Source: Pseudomonadota bacterium
GTDB lineage: Bacteria > Pseudomonadota > Gammaproteobacteria > Xanthomonadales > Ahniellaceae
NCBI GenBank assembly: GCA_022705045.1
Contig: JAKJFE010000001.1
Location: 7,909-71,908 of the forward strand
DNA length: 64,000 bases
Reading direction: 5' to 3'
Part shown: positions 50,256-60,672 of the stretch, piece after piece
Position numbering within the stretch: position 1 is the stretch's first letter
Layout of the letters: every line of letters starts with the position of its first letter
Position numbers and translations under genes: made by a program
The notes under the pieces: model-generated
What the model saw: only the letters and a program-made list of their open reading frames with translations
Database searches by the model: none
Told to the model about the DNA's origin: nothing

Positions 50256-51425
50256 TCAGTTCAATCCAGACAGCATGCCGGATCGCTGCAGCGTCTCTGC
50301 CATCGCCTGCTCTTCCAGCGAATAGACGCCACGCGCTGCCCGCCACACGAGTTTTTTCTCTTGCAGCGCCAACAGGGCGGACTGGACACCGGGAACATCG
50401 GCACGCGCCTCGGACTCGCCGACTCCGGCGATCACGAGTGCGCGCCTGTACAACTCGAGCGTGGCGGCCTCGAAAGGCGCGAACGACTCGCCCTGGGAGG
50501 CCATCACCCGCAGTACGGCGGACTGAATCGGCGTCAGGCTGTGTACGACCTTCATCAACTCGCCATTCATCGCCTCGATCTGGCTTTTCACTTCTTCGCC
50601 GAAACGGGCGGGACCAGCGGCCGGATCGAGGGCAAAGTCGAACCGGAACACGTCGGCCGCAGCATAGATGACTTCCGGTCGGTGCCCGGCTTGCTCGAAC
50701 AGATTCAGCACCATCCCCGAATCCAACTGGAACGGTAGATCAACGCGGGTGCAGAACCATGCGATGTAGTCAGCGCCCAGTGGCGGAAAACTGACCATCG
50801 GCGCGCCGAAAAAAGCCTGGTCCTTGCCATTGCGCAGCATCGCGAGCTTGTCGCGATTGGAGCCCGTGCAGACGAGACGCAAGCCATGATGCGCCGAACT
50901 GTTCAGCTCATCGCGTGCGGCCTTCAGCGCGAACAGCGCCTCGCTGCCCTCGGGCGTGGTGATGGCGTGCTGTGCCTCGTCGATGATCAGCACGATGATC
51001 TTGCCGGAGTCGTCGGAGAGGGCTGCGAGCGCATCCGCCAGAGAAACATCCCGGTCCAAACCGACGCGTTCGAGATCGAACTGCACGCCGGCGACGTTCA
51101 TCCCGCTCAAGCCGGCCCGTTTTGCCAGTCGCTGGATGACGCCATCGCGTTCGGCCAGCATTGCGCGTACGGCACCGACGATGACGGCGCCCGGGTTCGC
51201 TGCCGGGTTTGCCCACAAATCGACGTACAGGACCAAAGCATCTGCGGCTTCCAGCGCCGGACGCAAGTCTTCGCGCACGAACGTGGATTTGCCCGTTCGC
51301 CTCGGTGCCGCGAGGAAGATGCCAGATGCCGACGCACTGCCCACGGCGACGTGCAGGATCTTGTCGGCGAGAGATCGCGCCAGTTCCGGCCGGTGAAAGA
51401 CGTTGTCGTGGTCACGCAAGGCCAT
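50256..51425 (-). CDS. AAA+ ATPase with C-terminal winged-helix-like domain (archaeal-ATPase/ORC-Cdc6-like architecture)
   Basis: Walker A AAPRRTGKST, Walker B IIVLIIDEAQH, sensor-like LVCTGSN. C-terminal LTPIQSAVLRVMASQGE...LVWRAARGVYSL. Visibly lower GC and more A/T-ending codons than its neighbours. Confidence 0.75.
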   Translation of the reverse strand: MALRDHDNVFHRPELARSLADKILHVAVGSASASGIFLAAPRRTGKSTFVREDLRPALEAADALVLYVDLWANPAANPGAVIVGAVRAMLAERDGVIQRLAKRAGLSGMNVAGVQFDLERVGLDRDVSLADALAALSDDSGKIIVLIIDEAQHAITTPEGSEALFALKAARDELNSSAHHGLRLVCTGSNRDKLAMLRNGKDQAFFGAPMVSFPPLGADYIAWFCTRVDLPFQLDSGMVLNLFEQAGHRPEVIYAAADVFRFDFALDPAAGPARFGEEVKSQIEAMNGELMKVVHSLTPIQSAVLRVMASQGESFAPFEAATLELYRRALVIAGVGESEARADVPGVQSALLALQEKKLVWRAARGVYSLEEQAMAETLQRSGMLSGLN

Positions 51426-51435
51426 GAAACACCCG

Positions 51436-51475
51436 ATTTATGGTGAATTATGGTGCTTTATAGTCGATTATGTAC
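51436..51475. repeat. four 10-bp-phased direct repeats TTATGGT / TTATGGT / TTATAGT / TTATGTA (TTAT at 51438, 51448, 51458, 51468)
   Basis: ATTTATGGTG AATTATGGTG CTTTATAGTC GATTATGTAC, read directly. Begins 11 nt upstream of the ATPase start codon (minus-strand gene). AT-rich pocket. Confidence 0.8.
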
Positions 51476-51516
51476 AAGGGAGCCAACGGCACGCTCCGGA
51501 CAAAGCCACGCACCCC

Positions 51517-51765
51517 TCAAATCCCGTGCTGCTTGCGCACCGAGGTGATGCGTTCGCGGACCTTGGCGGGTAGCGAACTCGAGGATTCGGCGCGGTCGAA
51601 GATGGCGCGGAGCACGCGTTTCTCGTCTTCGTCGACGATCTTGTCGCGCAGCGCCAAGCCGAGCAGGAAGTTCAGTTCGCCCTCGTCGATGGTGCCGTCG
51701 TCGGCGAAGACCTTGATCGCGCTCCAGGCGATTTCGGTGTAGCTCTTGGGCTGGATCGTGTTCAT
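51517..51765 (-). CDS. small hypothetical protein (82 aa), TerB-like DG-x-ID-x-x-E motif
   Basis: Inner ATG MNTIQPKSY of ORF 51517..51948. FADDGTIDEGELNFLLGLA...DEDEKRVLRAIF. Divergent from glnA and co-directional with the ATPase. Confidence 0.5.
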   Translation of the reverse strand: MNTIQPKSYTEIAWSAIKVFADDGTIDEGELNFLLGLALRDKIVDEDEKRVLRAIFDRAESSSSLPAKVRERITSVRKQHGI

Positions 51766-51839
51766 CGGGCGGCTCCATCGGTGAATCCCGACGCTAGCAA
51801 TCCGGCTTGGCCGGAAGCAATCACGGCCGCCCTGATGTT

Positions 51840-51876
51840 TGCTCCAGTGCGGTGCAAAGTGCGCGATCTGCGTGCA
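51840..51876. promoter_or_regulatory. two putative NtrC enhancer sites upstream of glnA
   Basis: TGCTCCAGTGCGGTGCA (51840-51856) has 1 mismatch to TGCACCA-N4-GGTGCA. TGCGCGATCTGCGTGCA (51860-51876) has 3 mismatches. Centres are 20 bp apart, about 90 bp upstream of the sigma-54 promoter. Confidence 0.6.
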
Positions 51877-51936
51877 AACGTCTGGCCGATGTTCGGAACA
51901 TCGTCTCCAAGTCATTGAAAGACAAAGCGAACGCGT

Positions 51937-51951
51937 TGGCACGCTCATTGC
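51937..51951 (+). promoter_or_regulatory. sigma-54 (-24/-12) promoter of glnA
   Basis: TGGCAC-GCTCA-TTGC, an exact GG-N10-GC match, 37 nt upstream of the glnA ATG. Confidence 0.8.
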
Positions 51952-51987
51952 GCCGCAGCATCCACCTCAACCCAACGGAGCTGCACC

Positions 51988-53397
51988 ATGTCGGTCGAAA
52001 ACGTGCTGAAGATGATCAAGGACCACGAGGTCGAATTCGTCGACCTGCGTTTCGCCGACATGCTCGGCAAGCAGCACCACGTGACCTTCCCGGCCCATGC
52101 CATCGACGCCTCGACCTTCGAGGACGGCAAGATGTTCGATGGCTCGTCGATCTCGGGCTGGAAGGGCATCAACGAATCCGACATGGTGCTGATGCCGGAC
52201 CCGGGCAGCGCCGTGCTCGATCCGTTCACCGAACACACCACCCTGATCCTGATCTGCGACGTGCTCGAGCCGAGCACGATGCAGGCCTACTCGCGCGACC
52301 CGCGCACCACGGCCAAGCGCGCCGAAGCCTTCCTGAAGTCGTCCGGCATCGCCGACACCGCGTTCTTCGGTCCGGAGCCGGAATTCTTCATCTTCGACAG
52401 CGTGCGTTGGCAGAACGGCATGAACGCGGCCGGCTTCGAGATCGAATCCGAAGAAGCGGCCTGGAGCACGAACAAGAAGTACGAGGGCGGCAACACCGGC
52501 CACCGTCCGGCGGTGAAGGGCGGCTACTTCCCGGTCGCACCGGTCGACTCGCTGAACGACATCCGCGGCGAGATGTGCAAGACGCTCGAAGCCATGGGCC
52601 AGACCGTCGAAGTGCATCACCATGAGGTCGCGAATGCGGGCCAGTGCGAGATCGGCGTCAAGTTCAACACCATGGTCGCCAAGGCCGATGAACTGCTGAA
52701 CCTGAAGTACGTCGTGAAGAACGTCGCGCACCGCAACGGCAAGACCGCGACCTTCATGCCGAAGCCGTTGGTCGGCGACAACGGTTCGGGCATGCACGTG
52801 CACCAGTCGCTCGCGAAGGGCGGCCAGAACCTGTTCGCCGGTGATGGCTACGGCGGCCTGAGCCAGTTGGCGCTGTGGTACATCGGCGGCATCTTCAAGC
52901 ATGCACGCGCGATCAACGCGTTCACGAACTCGACCACGAACAGCTACAAGCGCCTGGTGCCGGGCTTCGAAGCGCCGGTGATGCTCGCATACTCGGCACG
53001 CAACCGCTCGGCCTCGTGCCGCATACCGTGGGTGTCGTCGCCGAAGGCGCGCCGCATCGAGATCCGCTTCCCGGATCCGATGAACTCCGGCTACCTCGCT
53101 TTTGCCGCGCTGATGATGGCCGGCCTCGACGGCATCAAGAACAAGATCGATCCGGGCGCACCGAGCGACAAGGATCTGTACGACCTGCCGCCGGAAGAAG
53201 CCAAGGACATCCCGACCGTCTGCCACTCGCTCGACCAGGCGCTTGAAGCCCTCGACAAGGACCGCGAGTTCCTCAAGGCCGGCGGCGTCTTCACCGACGA
53301 CATGATCGACGGCTACATCGACCTGAAGATGCAGGAAGTCACCCGCTTCCGCGCCGCCACGCATCCGCTCGAGTTCCAGCTGTACTACTCGATCTGA
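51988..53397 (+). CDS. glnA: glutamine synthetase type I
   Basis: 469 aa. [28 protein letters not shown] and the adenylylation-site region [11 protein letters not shown]. Confidence 0.98.
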   Translation: MSVENVLKMIKDHEVEFVDLRFADMLGKQHHVTFPAHAIDASTFEDGKMFDGSSISGWKGINESDMVLMPDPGSAVLDPFTEHTTLILICDVLEPSTMQAYSRDPRTTAKRAEAFLKSSGIADTAFFGPEPEFFIFDSVRWQNGMNAAGFEIESEEAAWSTNKKYEGGNTGHRPAVKGGYFPVAPVDSLNDIRGEMCKTLEAMGQTVEVHHHEVANAGQCEIGVKFNTMVAKADELLNLKYVVKNVAHRNGKTATFMPKPLVGDNGSGMHVHQSLAKGGQNLFAGDGYGGLSQLALWYIGGIFKHARAINAFTNSTTNSYKRLVPGFEAPVMLAYSARNRSASCRIPWVSSPKARRIEIRFPDPMNSGYLAFAALMMAGLDGIKNKIDPGAPSDKDLYDLPPEEAKDIPTVCHSLDQALEALDKDREFLKAGGVFTDDMIDGYIDLKMQEVTRFRAATHPLEFQLYYSI

Positions 53398-53424
53398 CCG
53401 CGACTTCTCACTGGCAGTGAGCGA

Positions 53425-53454
53425 ACGCCCGGCCTCGTGCCGGGCGTTTTGTTT
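53425..53454 (+). terminator. Rho-independent terminator after glnA
   Basis: ACGCCCGGC-CTCGT-GCCGGGCGT followed by TTTTGTTT. Confidence 0.75.
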
Positions 53455-53529
53455 GCGGGTCCTTTCGACTTCATCGTCAGCACACAGAACGGCGCGACGC
53501 TGTCCGACACACCGGCACGGGTGACAGCG

Positions 53530-54801
53530 ATGAACATGAACAATTCCGACGACGAGACCGAAAAATGCATCGACGTGCTTCGCAACGCCGGGCTCGACGA
53601 GGCGGAGGCGACGCTGGTCACGCAATGGCGGCAAGCCAAGACCGATCGAACCGCCTTGGCGCCGCTTCGGCGATTCGCAGATCGACAATGGCGGCAGCTT
53701 GAGCTGTCGGACATCGAAACGACACGCGAGCGCCGGGAGGCAGGCGTCGCACTGGCCTTTGCGGTGACCGCGGCGGTCGTGATCAAGCTGCCGGACCTGA
53801 TGGGAATCGCCATCGAGCGCGAAGACGTGTTCTACGCGCGCAACCTCAGTCTGTTCGCATTCCCGATGGTGGCGGGCTTCTTCCTGTGGGTGAGCGGCGC
53901 TTCGACGCGCACGTGGTTGCTGCTTGCGGCAGCCTTCGTTGCCGCAGCCATCGTCGTGAATCAGCCGTGGTTTGCGCGTGGCGGCGATTTCGATGCATTG
54001 ACCGGGCTGCACCTGCCGATCGCACTGTGGCTGGCCGTCGGTGTCGCCCATGCCGGTGGCCGCTGGAACGATGTCGGCGCGCGCATGGCGTTCGTGCGCT
54101 TCGCCGGCGGCATGTTCATCTTCTGCGTGTTGGTCGCACTCGGCGGCATGGTCTTCACGGCCTTGATGATGGCGCTGTTCGAGTCGATCGGCATGTCGCT
54201 GCAGGTGTTCTTCGAACGCTGGCTGTTGCCATGTGGCGCGATGGCCGCGGTGGTGATCGCGGCGTGGCAGGTCGATGCCCGTCAGCACGTGCTCGGCCTG
54301 ATCGCACCGCTGCTGACGCGTCTGTTCACGCCGCTGTTCACCCTGCTGCTGGTCGCCTTCCTGATCGCGATCCCGGCTTCAGGGCGTGGGCTCGAATTCC
54401 ATCGCGAGCTGATCTTCGCGCTCGACGTCGTGTTGGCAGTGGTGCTCGGCCTCGTCCTCTATGCCTTGTCCGCGCGCGATCCGGAACGTGGGCCCGGGCC
54501 GTTCGATGCATTGCAGTGCATGCTGGTGATCGCGGCCTTGCTGGTCGATGCCGCGGTGTTGTGGACGATGGCGGCGCGCATTTCGGAGTTCGGATTCACG
54601 CCGAATCGCGTCGCCGCGCTGGGCATGAATCTGGTGCTGCTCGTCAACCTGTCGTGGTCGGCGCTGCTGTGCTTCCGTTTCGTCCGCGGCTCCGGCGAAA
54701 TCGCGGCACTCGTGCGCTGGCAGATGCGCTACCTGCCGGTCCATGCGACCTGGGCGGCCCTCGTCGTGGTCGTGCTTCCACTGGTCTTCCCCCGCAGCTG
54801 A
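53530..54801 (+). CDS. polytopic membrane protein (DUF4153-like)
   Basis: Start MNMNNSDDETEK. Soluble N-terminal segment of about 60 aa, then about 10 TMs. Family assignment is tentative. Confidence 0.55.
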   Translation: MNMNNSDDETEKCIDVLRNAGLDEAEATLVTQWRQAKTDRTALAPLRRFADRQWRQLELSDIETTRERREAGVALAFAVTAAVVIKLPDLMGIAIEREDVFYARNLSLFAFPMVAGFFLWVSGASTRTWLLLAAAFVAAAIVVNQPWFARGGDFDALTGLHLPIALWLAVGVAHAGGRWNDVGARMAFVRFAGGMFIFCVLVALGGMVFTALMMALFESIGMSLQVFFERWLLPCGAMAAVVIAAWQVDARQHVLGLIAPLLTRLFTPLFTLLLVAFLIAIPASGRGLEFHRELIFALDVVLAVVLGLVLYALSARDPERGPGPFDALQCMLVIAALLVDAAVLWTMAARISEFGFTPNRVAALGMNLVLLVNLSWSALLCFRFVRGSGEIAALVRWQMRYLPVHATWAALVVVVLPLVFPRS

Positions 54802-54808
54802 CTAGGAT

Positions 54809-55246
54809 TCAACCGGGATCGAGGCGACGCGCGCCGTTGCCTTCGCGTCCGAGCACGTCATCGGTGTTGTACAGGCGGCAGGACTTCAGCGACAGGCAGC
54901 CGCAGCCGATGCATTGGCCAAGCTCGTCGCGCAGCCGCGTCAACGCGGCGATGCGTCCGTCAAGTTCGTCTCGCCAGAGCCGCGACAGCCGTGCCCAATC
55001 GGTCCGCGTCGGCGTGCGTGCATCAGGCAGAGTCGCGAGTGCGGCGGAGATGCGATCCAGGCTGATCCCGACGCGCTGCGCGGCGCGGATGAACGCGATG
55101 CGTCGCAACATGTCGCGGCGATAGCGACGCTGGTTGCCGACGCTGCGTTCGGCGCGGATGAGGCCCTTCGACTCGTAGAAGTGCAAGGTCGACACGGCGA
55201 CACCGCTGCGTTTCGCGACAACACCGATTGGCAGCAGCTCGGCCAT
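54809..55246 (-). CDS. soxR: redox-sensitive MerR-family activator SoxR
   Basis: HTH IGVVAKRSGVAVSTLHFYESKGLI and the [2Fe-2S] motif CIGCGCLSLKSCRLYN. Confidence 0.92.
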   Translation of the reverse strand: MAELLPIGVVAKRSGVAVSTLHFYESKGLIRAERSVGNQRRYRRDMLRRIAFIRAAQRVGISLDRISAALATLPDARTPTRTDWARLSRLWRDELDGRIAALTRLRDELGQCIGCGCLSLKSCRLYNTDDVLGREGNGARRLDPG

Positions 55247-55248
55247 GC

Positions 55249-55279
55249 TTGACCTCAAGTTCACTTGAACTTTTATCCT
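55249..55279 (+). promoter_or_regulatory. SoxR-box promoter: TTGACC -35, palindrome CCTCAAGTTCACTTGAAC, 19-bp spacer, TATCCT -10
   Basis: TTGACCTCAAGTTCACTTGAACTTTTATCCT compares closely with the E. coli soxS promoter ACCTCAAGTTAACTTGAGG. The overlong 19-bp spacer is typical of MerR-family promoters. Confidence 0.8.
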
Positions 55280-55308
55280 GCGCTCCGGCGAAGGCGGAGG
55301 CAAGTGAC

Positions 55309-56679
55309 GTGGATGCGACGGCAAAGGATCGGGACTCGCAGGCGGAACAAGGCTTGTTCGCGCCGGAATGGCGCGCGCTGACGATTGGCTGCATCGCCCT
55401 GATTTCGATGCTGGCCTTCGAATCGCTGGCGGTGACCACTGCAATGCCCTCGATCGCCGCCGCGCTCGACGGACTCAGTGCTTACGCGCTTGCGTTCGGC
55501 GCCACACTCGCGACGTCGGTGCTCGGCATGGTCGTGGCCGGACAACGTTGCGACCGCGTCGGTCCGCGCGGCACCTTGCGGGACGGCGTGCTGGTGTTCG
55601 CGGCCGGGCTTGCCCTCGCAGGCTCCGCCACCGACATGGCGATGCTGGTCCTCGGCCGCGCCCTGCTCGGCTTTGGTTCCGGCCAGCTCGGCGTCGCACT
55701 CTACGTGGCGGTCGGGCGCCTGTATCCGGCGACGATGCGGCCGCGCATCTTCGCAATGTTTGCCGCAGCGTGGGTGGTTCCGGCCCTGGTCGGACCAGCG
55801 CTCGCCAGCCTGATGGTCGCCACGTTAGGTTGGCGCAGCGTGTTCCTGGCGGTGCTGGTGCTGTTGCCGCCGGCGTGGCGGTGGGTCGATCCGGCCTTGC
55901 GCGACCTGCATGGCGATGCTGTCGTCGCACCGGATGCACGACACCGCCTGATCGCAGCGACCCTTGCAGCCGCCGCTGCCCTGATTTTGCACCTGTTGGG
56001 ACAACAGACGGCGCCGCGGCCCTGGCTGATTGGCGCGGTGGTGACCGTGCTTGCCGCGTCCAGCGCACATTTGCTTCCCGCCGGGACGCTGGTCGCACGC
56101 GCCGGCTTGCCGACGGTCATCGCGTTGCGCGGCCTGCTTGCAGCAGCGTTCTTCACCGCGGAGGCGTTCCTGCCACTGTGGTTGCAGCAACGCCAAGGCT
56201 GGTCGGTGCTGGCCGCGGGCCTCGCGATCAGTGCGGGTGCGCTGTGCTGGAGCGCGGGCAGCCAGACACAGGCGCGCCTGACCGGCGTGCCGCGCGTACG
56301 CATCCTGCGGGCCGGATTGATCGTCGTGGCACTCGGCCTGACCGCCATCACGGTCAGCGCCACGAGTTCGCTGTCGGGCGCATTGTCGGTGGTTGCATGG
56401 CTGGCCTGCGGATTCGGTATTGGCTTGTCATTTCCAAGCCTGTCCGTGCGCCTGCTCGAACTCTCTGCTGTGAACGAGCAGGGACGCAACAGCGCCGCAC
56501 TGCAACTCGCCGATGCGCTGGCGACCACGGTCGCACTGGCGCTGGCCGGCCTCGTGTTCGCGCCATTGCACCGGCTTGCGCCGACGTACGCGTTCAGCGC
56601 GGTATTCGCTCTCGCCAGCAGCCTGATCGTGCTCTCCGCGATATTGGCACCGCGCGCCTGGCGCATCGGTGTGCGCTGA
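55309..56679 (+). CDS. MFS transporter (probable SoxR target)
   Basis: 12-14 TMs with a GQRCDRVGPR loop 2-3 motif. The start must lie downstream of the SoxR promoter, so GTG 55309 is chosen and remains uncertain. Confidence 0.75.
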   Translation: MDATAKDRDSQAEQGLFAPEWRALTIGCIALISMLAFESLAVTTAMPSIAAALDGLSAYALAFGATLATSVLGMVVAGQRCDRVGPRGTLRDGVLVFAAGLALAGSATDMAMLVLGRALLGFGSGQLGVALYVAVGRLYPATMRPRIFAMFAAAWVVPALVGPALASLMVATLGWRSVFLAVLVLLPPAWRWVDPALRDLHGDAVVAPDARHRLIAATLAAAAALILHLLGQQTAPRPWLIGAVVTVLAASSAHLLPAGTLVARAGLPTVIALRGLLAAAFFTAEAFLPLWLQQRQGWSVLAAGLAISAGALCWSAGSQTQARLTGVPRVRILRAGLIVVALGLTAITVSATSSLSGALSVVAWLACGFGIGLSFPSLSVRLLELSAVNEQGRNSAALQLADALATTVALALAGLVFAPLHRLAPTYAFSAVFALASSLIVLSAILAPRAWRIGVR

Positions 56680-56701
56680 TCAATGCGCTTACACTGCGCG
56701 G

Positions 56702-57750
56702 ATGTCGCTGACCGAATCCCTGCCCTTGCTCGATGCATTGAGCCTGCCGCTGCTGCTGCTCGATCGCGAGCGTCGCGTGCTCGCGCCGAACGCGGCCTTC
56801 TGTGCGTGGACCGGTGCCGGTGCACGGCGCTGGAGCGGCATCGCGGTGCGTGAACTGGGCGGCGTCGGACCCTTGCTCGATGAGGCGGTGCAGCGTTGCG
56901 TCGAGGAACGCCAGACGCAACGGCTCGTCCATGCCTTGTTCCAGCCCCGACCCGGTATCGATTTGCGGGCCGACGTGATCTGCACGACGGTCGCCAACGA
57001 CGAGGTCGCGTTCGCGATCGAATGGCATCGCGGCAATGACTTGCCGGAGGCCGAACGCGCGGCGGCCCTGCCGAATGCATTGGCCGCGACACTGAAAGGA
57101 CTCGCGCACGAGGTGCGCAATCCGCTCGCCGGCTTGCGTGGTGCGGCGCAACTGCTGGCGCGGCGCATCCACGATGCCGATGCGCGTCGCTACATCGATG
57201 TGATCGATGCCGAGACGCAGCGCCTGGTCGAACTGGTCGAGCGCCTGCTCGACCCGCATCCACAGCGCCCGTTCGCGGCCCTCAATATCCACGACGTGCT
57301 GGAACGCGTGCGGGCGCTGGCCGAGGCAGACGCCGGCTGGAGCGCACGCATCACCCGCGACTACGACCCCAGCCTGCCGGAACTGCAGGGCGACCGCGAC
57401 CGCCTGATCCAGGCGATGCTGAATCTGGTGCGCAATGCGCTCGAGGCCGGCGCCAACGAGGTGCGGCTGCGTTCGCGTGCCGAACACGGCGTCGTCATCG
57501 GCGAAACCACGCACAAGCTGGCCTTGCGCGTCGACGTGATCGACGACGGCCGCGGCATTCCCGAGGCGCTGGCGCCGCGCGTGCTGTTGCCGCTGGTGTC
57601 CGGCCGTGCCGAAGGCTCCGGACTCGGCCTGGCGCTGGCGCAGGAAATCGCGCGCGAACACGGCGGCGGCCTGAGCTTCACCAGTCGCCCGGGCCATACC
57701 GTGTTCACCTTGTTGCTGCCTTACGAGCGCGACTCCGGCGAGAATGCGCC

Positions 57751-57754
<4 letters not shown>
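56702..57754 (+). CDS. glnL: nitrogen regulation sensor kinase NtrB (GlnL)
   Basis: PAS N-terminus, H-box GLAHEVRNPLAGLRGAAQLL, N-box NLVRNALEAG, G-boxes DDGRGIP and GSGLGLALA. Confidence 0.9.
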
Positions 57755-59199
<1,445 letters not shown>

Positions 59200-59206
59200 T
59201 GCGGAC

Positions 59207-60481
59207 TCAGGGGAGTGGCAACGACAGAATGCGATGACCGCGATGGCCATCCGGCGCCGTCGTGACAGCGCCGTCGACGAAAGTCTGCAGGTTGGGATCG
59301 GCGACGAACAGGAAGCGCCGATCCGCGACTGCGCCCGTGGTCGGATTGCGCAGGTCCGGATGCTGGCGCAACAGCAAGTGCAGTTCGGTGACGCGTGCGT
59401 CCTTCGTGTCGACGCGAAAACGCCAGACGCGCCCGCGCCCGACCAGATTCTGGATCGCGATCACGTCCTCGCCATCGCGAGCCAGGCCGTCGATACCGCC
59501 GAGGTAGCGATCGCCGGGCGTGGCGACGCGACGCTTCGAAGGCGCGCCGAGCGCGGGATCGACCAACCACAAACCATTGAAGTCCGCGACCAGCAACAGG
59601 CCTTCGGCCAATGCAACGATGCCGTTCGGGCCTTCGAAGCTCGCATCCGGCAGGAGCGGCAGGAGTTTCGGCGAATGCGCGCCCGGATCCAGCAGATAGA
59701 TCGTGCCGGCGACACTGTCGGTGACGGCGATGCGGCCGTCGGCCAGCAGATCGAGATCGTTGAACAAGCCAGGACCCGTTTTGGCGTAGGTGGCGACCAC
59801 GCGCCCGGTCGCCAGATCGATGCGTGAAATCGAGGTCGCGCCTGCCTCGACCGACTCGGCGTCGCGCATGAACGGCGCTGCTGCACTCGCCACCCACAAG
59901 GTATCGGTCGCCGCATCGACGTCCATGCCGAGAACCGAGAGCAAGCCGCCATTGGCGGAGGGCACCAGTTCACTGCATCGACCATCGGCGTCGACCGCGA
60001 CCACGGTTCGACGCCGCCCACTGGACATCAGGAAACGTCCGCGCTTGGCATCGTAAGCGGCGCCTTCGGGAAGCACATCCAGACAATGCGTCTCGGCATG
60101 CAACATCGCCTGGCCGACCATCGGTGCCGCGACATCGAGTCGTGCGGCAAGCGCGCGGTAGTCGTGACGGCCGGACAGCGACAAGAAGTCGGTGGGTTCC
60201 AATGCGTCGTCGAAACCGGCGGTGGCCAAGGCATCGAGATACCGCATCGCGCGATCACCGTCGCCCGCAGCGGCAGCCATGCGTGCCGCGTGATGCAACG
60301 CACCGATGTGACCCGGTTCGCGCACGAGCATTGCATCGAACGCGGCGTATCGATCATCCGCGTTCACGTCCGGGCGTGTGGCGCTGCAGGCGCCGAGCAG
60401 CATCGTCGAAGCGATGATGAGGGCAGCGATGTTGTCCGAGATCGTTGGCGGCACGTTGGCTGACCGTAGGATGCCCGGCAT
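59207..60481 (-). CDS. lipoprotein with helical (TPR-like) N-region and SMP-30/NHL-type beta-propeller
   Basis: Lipobox MLLGACS. Propeller-like repeats (LWVASAA, RIAVTDS, LLLVADF, FLFVADP). Start taken at MPGILRS. Confidence 0.55.
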   Translation of the reverse strand: MPGILRSANVPPTISDNIAALIIASTMLLGACSATRPDVNADDRYAAFDAMLVREPGHIGALHHAARMAAAAGDGDRAMRYLDALATAGFDDALEPTDFLSLSGRHDYRALAARLDVAAPMVGQAMLHAETHCLDVLPEGAAYDAKRGRFLMSSGRRRTVVAVDADGRCSELVPSANGGLLSVLGMDVDAATDTLWVASAAAPFMRDAESVEAGATSISRIDLATGRVVATYAKTGPGLFNDLDLLADGRIAVTDSVAGTIYLLDPGAHSPKLLPLLPDASFEGPNGIVALAEGLLLVADFNGLWLVDPALGAPSKRRVATPGDRYLGGIDGLARDGEDVIAIQNLVGRGRVWRFRVDTKDARVTELHLLLRQHPDLRNPTTGAVADRRFLFVADPNLQTFVDGAVTTAPDGHRGHRILSLPLP

Positions 60482-60672
60482 CGTCCGGCATGATGTGCAC
60501 TGCCGACAGTGCCGGATCGCATGTGCCCGATACGTCGAATGTCCGGCTGGCACGTCCAAGCGCGCCGCGGCGGCATCACGCCAACCGTCGAACTTGCGGC
60601 GCAGCGAGTGGTCCATGGACATGCGTTCCGGAACGCATGCTCGTTCTCCCCACTGGACCAAAGGAAAACCTC

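Noticed and set aside
56645-56660. TGGCAC hexamer upstream of ntrB as a second sigma-54 promoter.
   Set aside because: The -12 position reads GCCTG rather than TTGC (no GC at GG+10), and the hexamer sits inside the MFS coding sequence. It is kept only as a remark in the ntrBC read-through finding.
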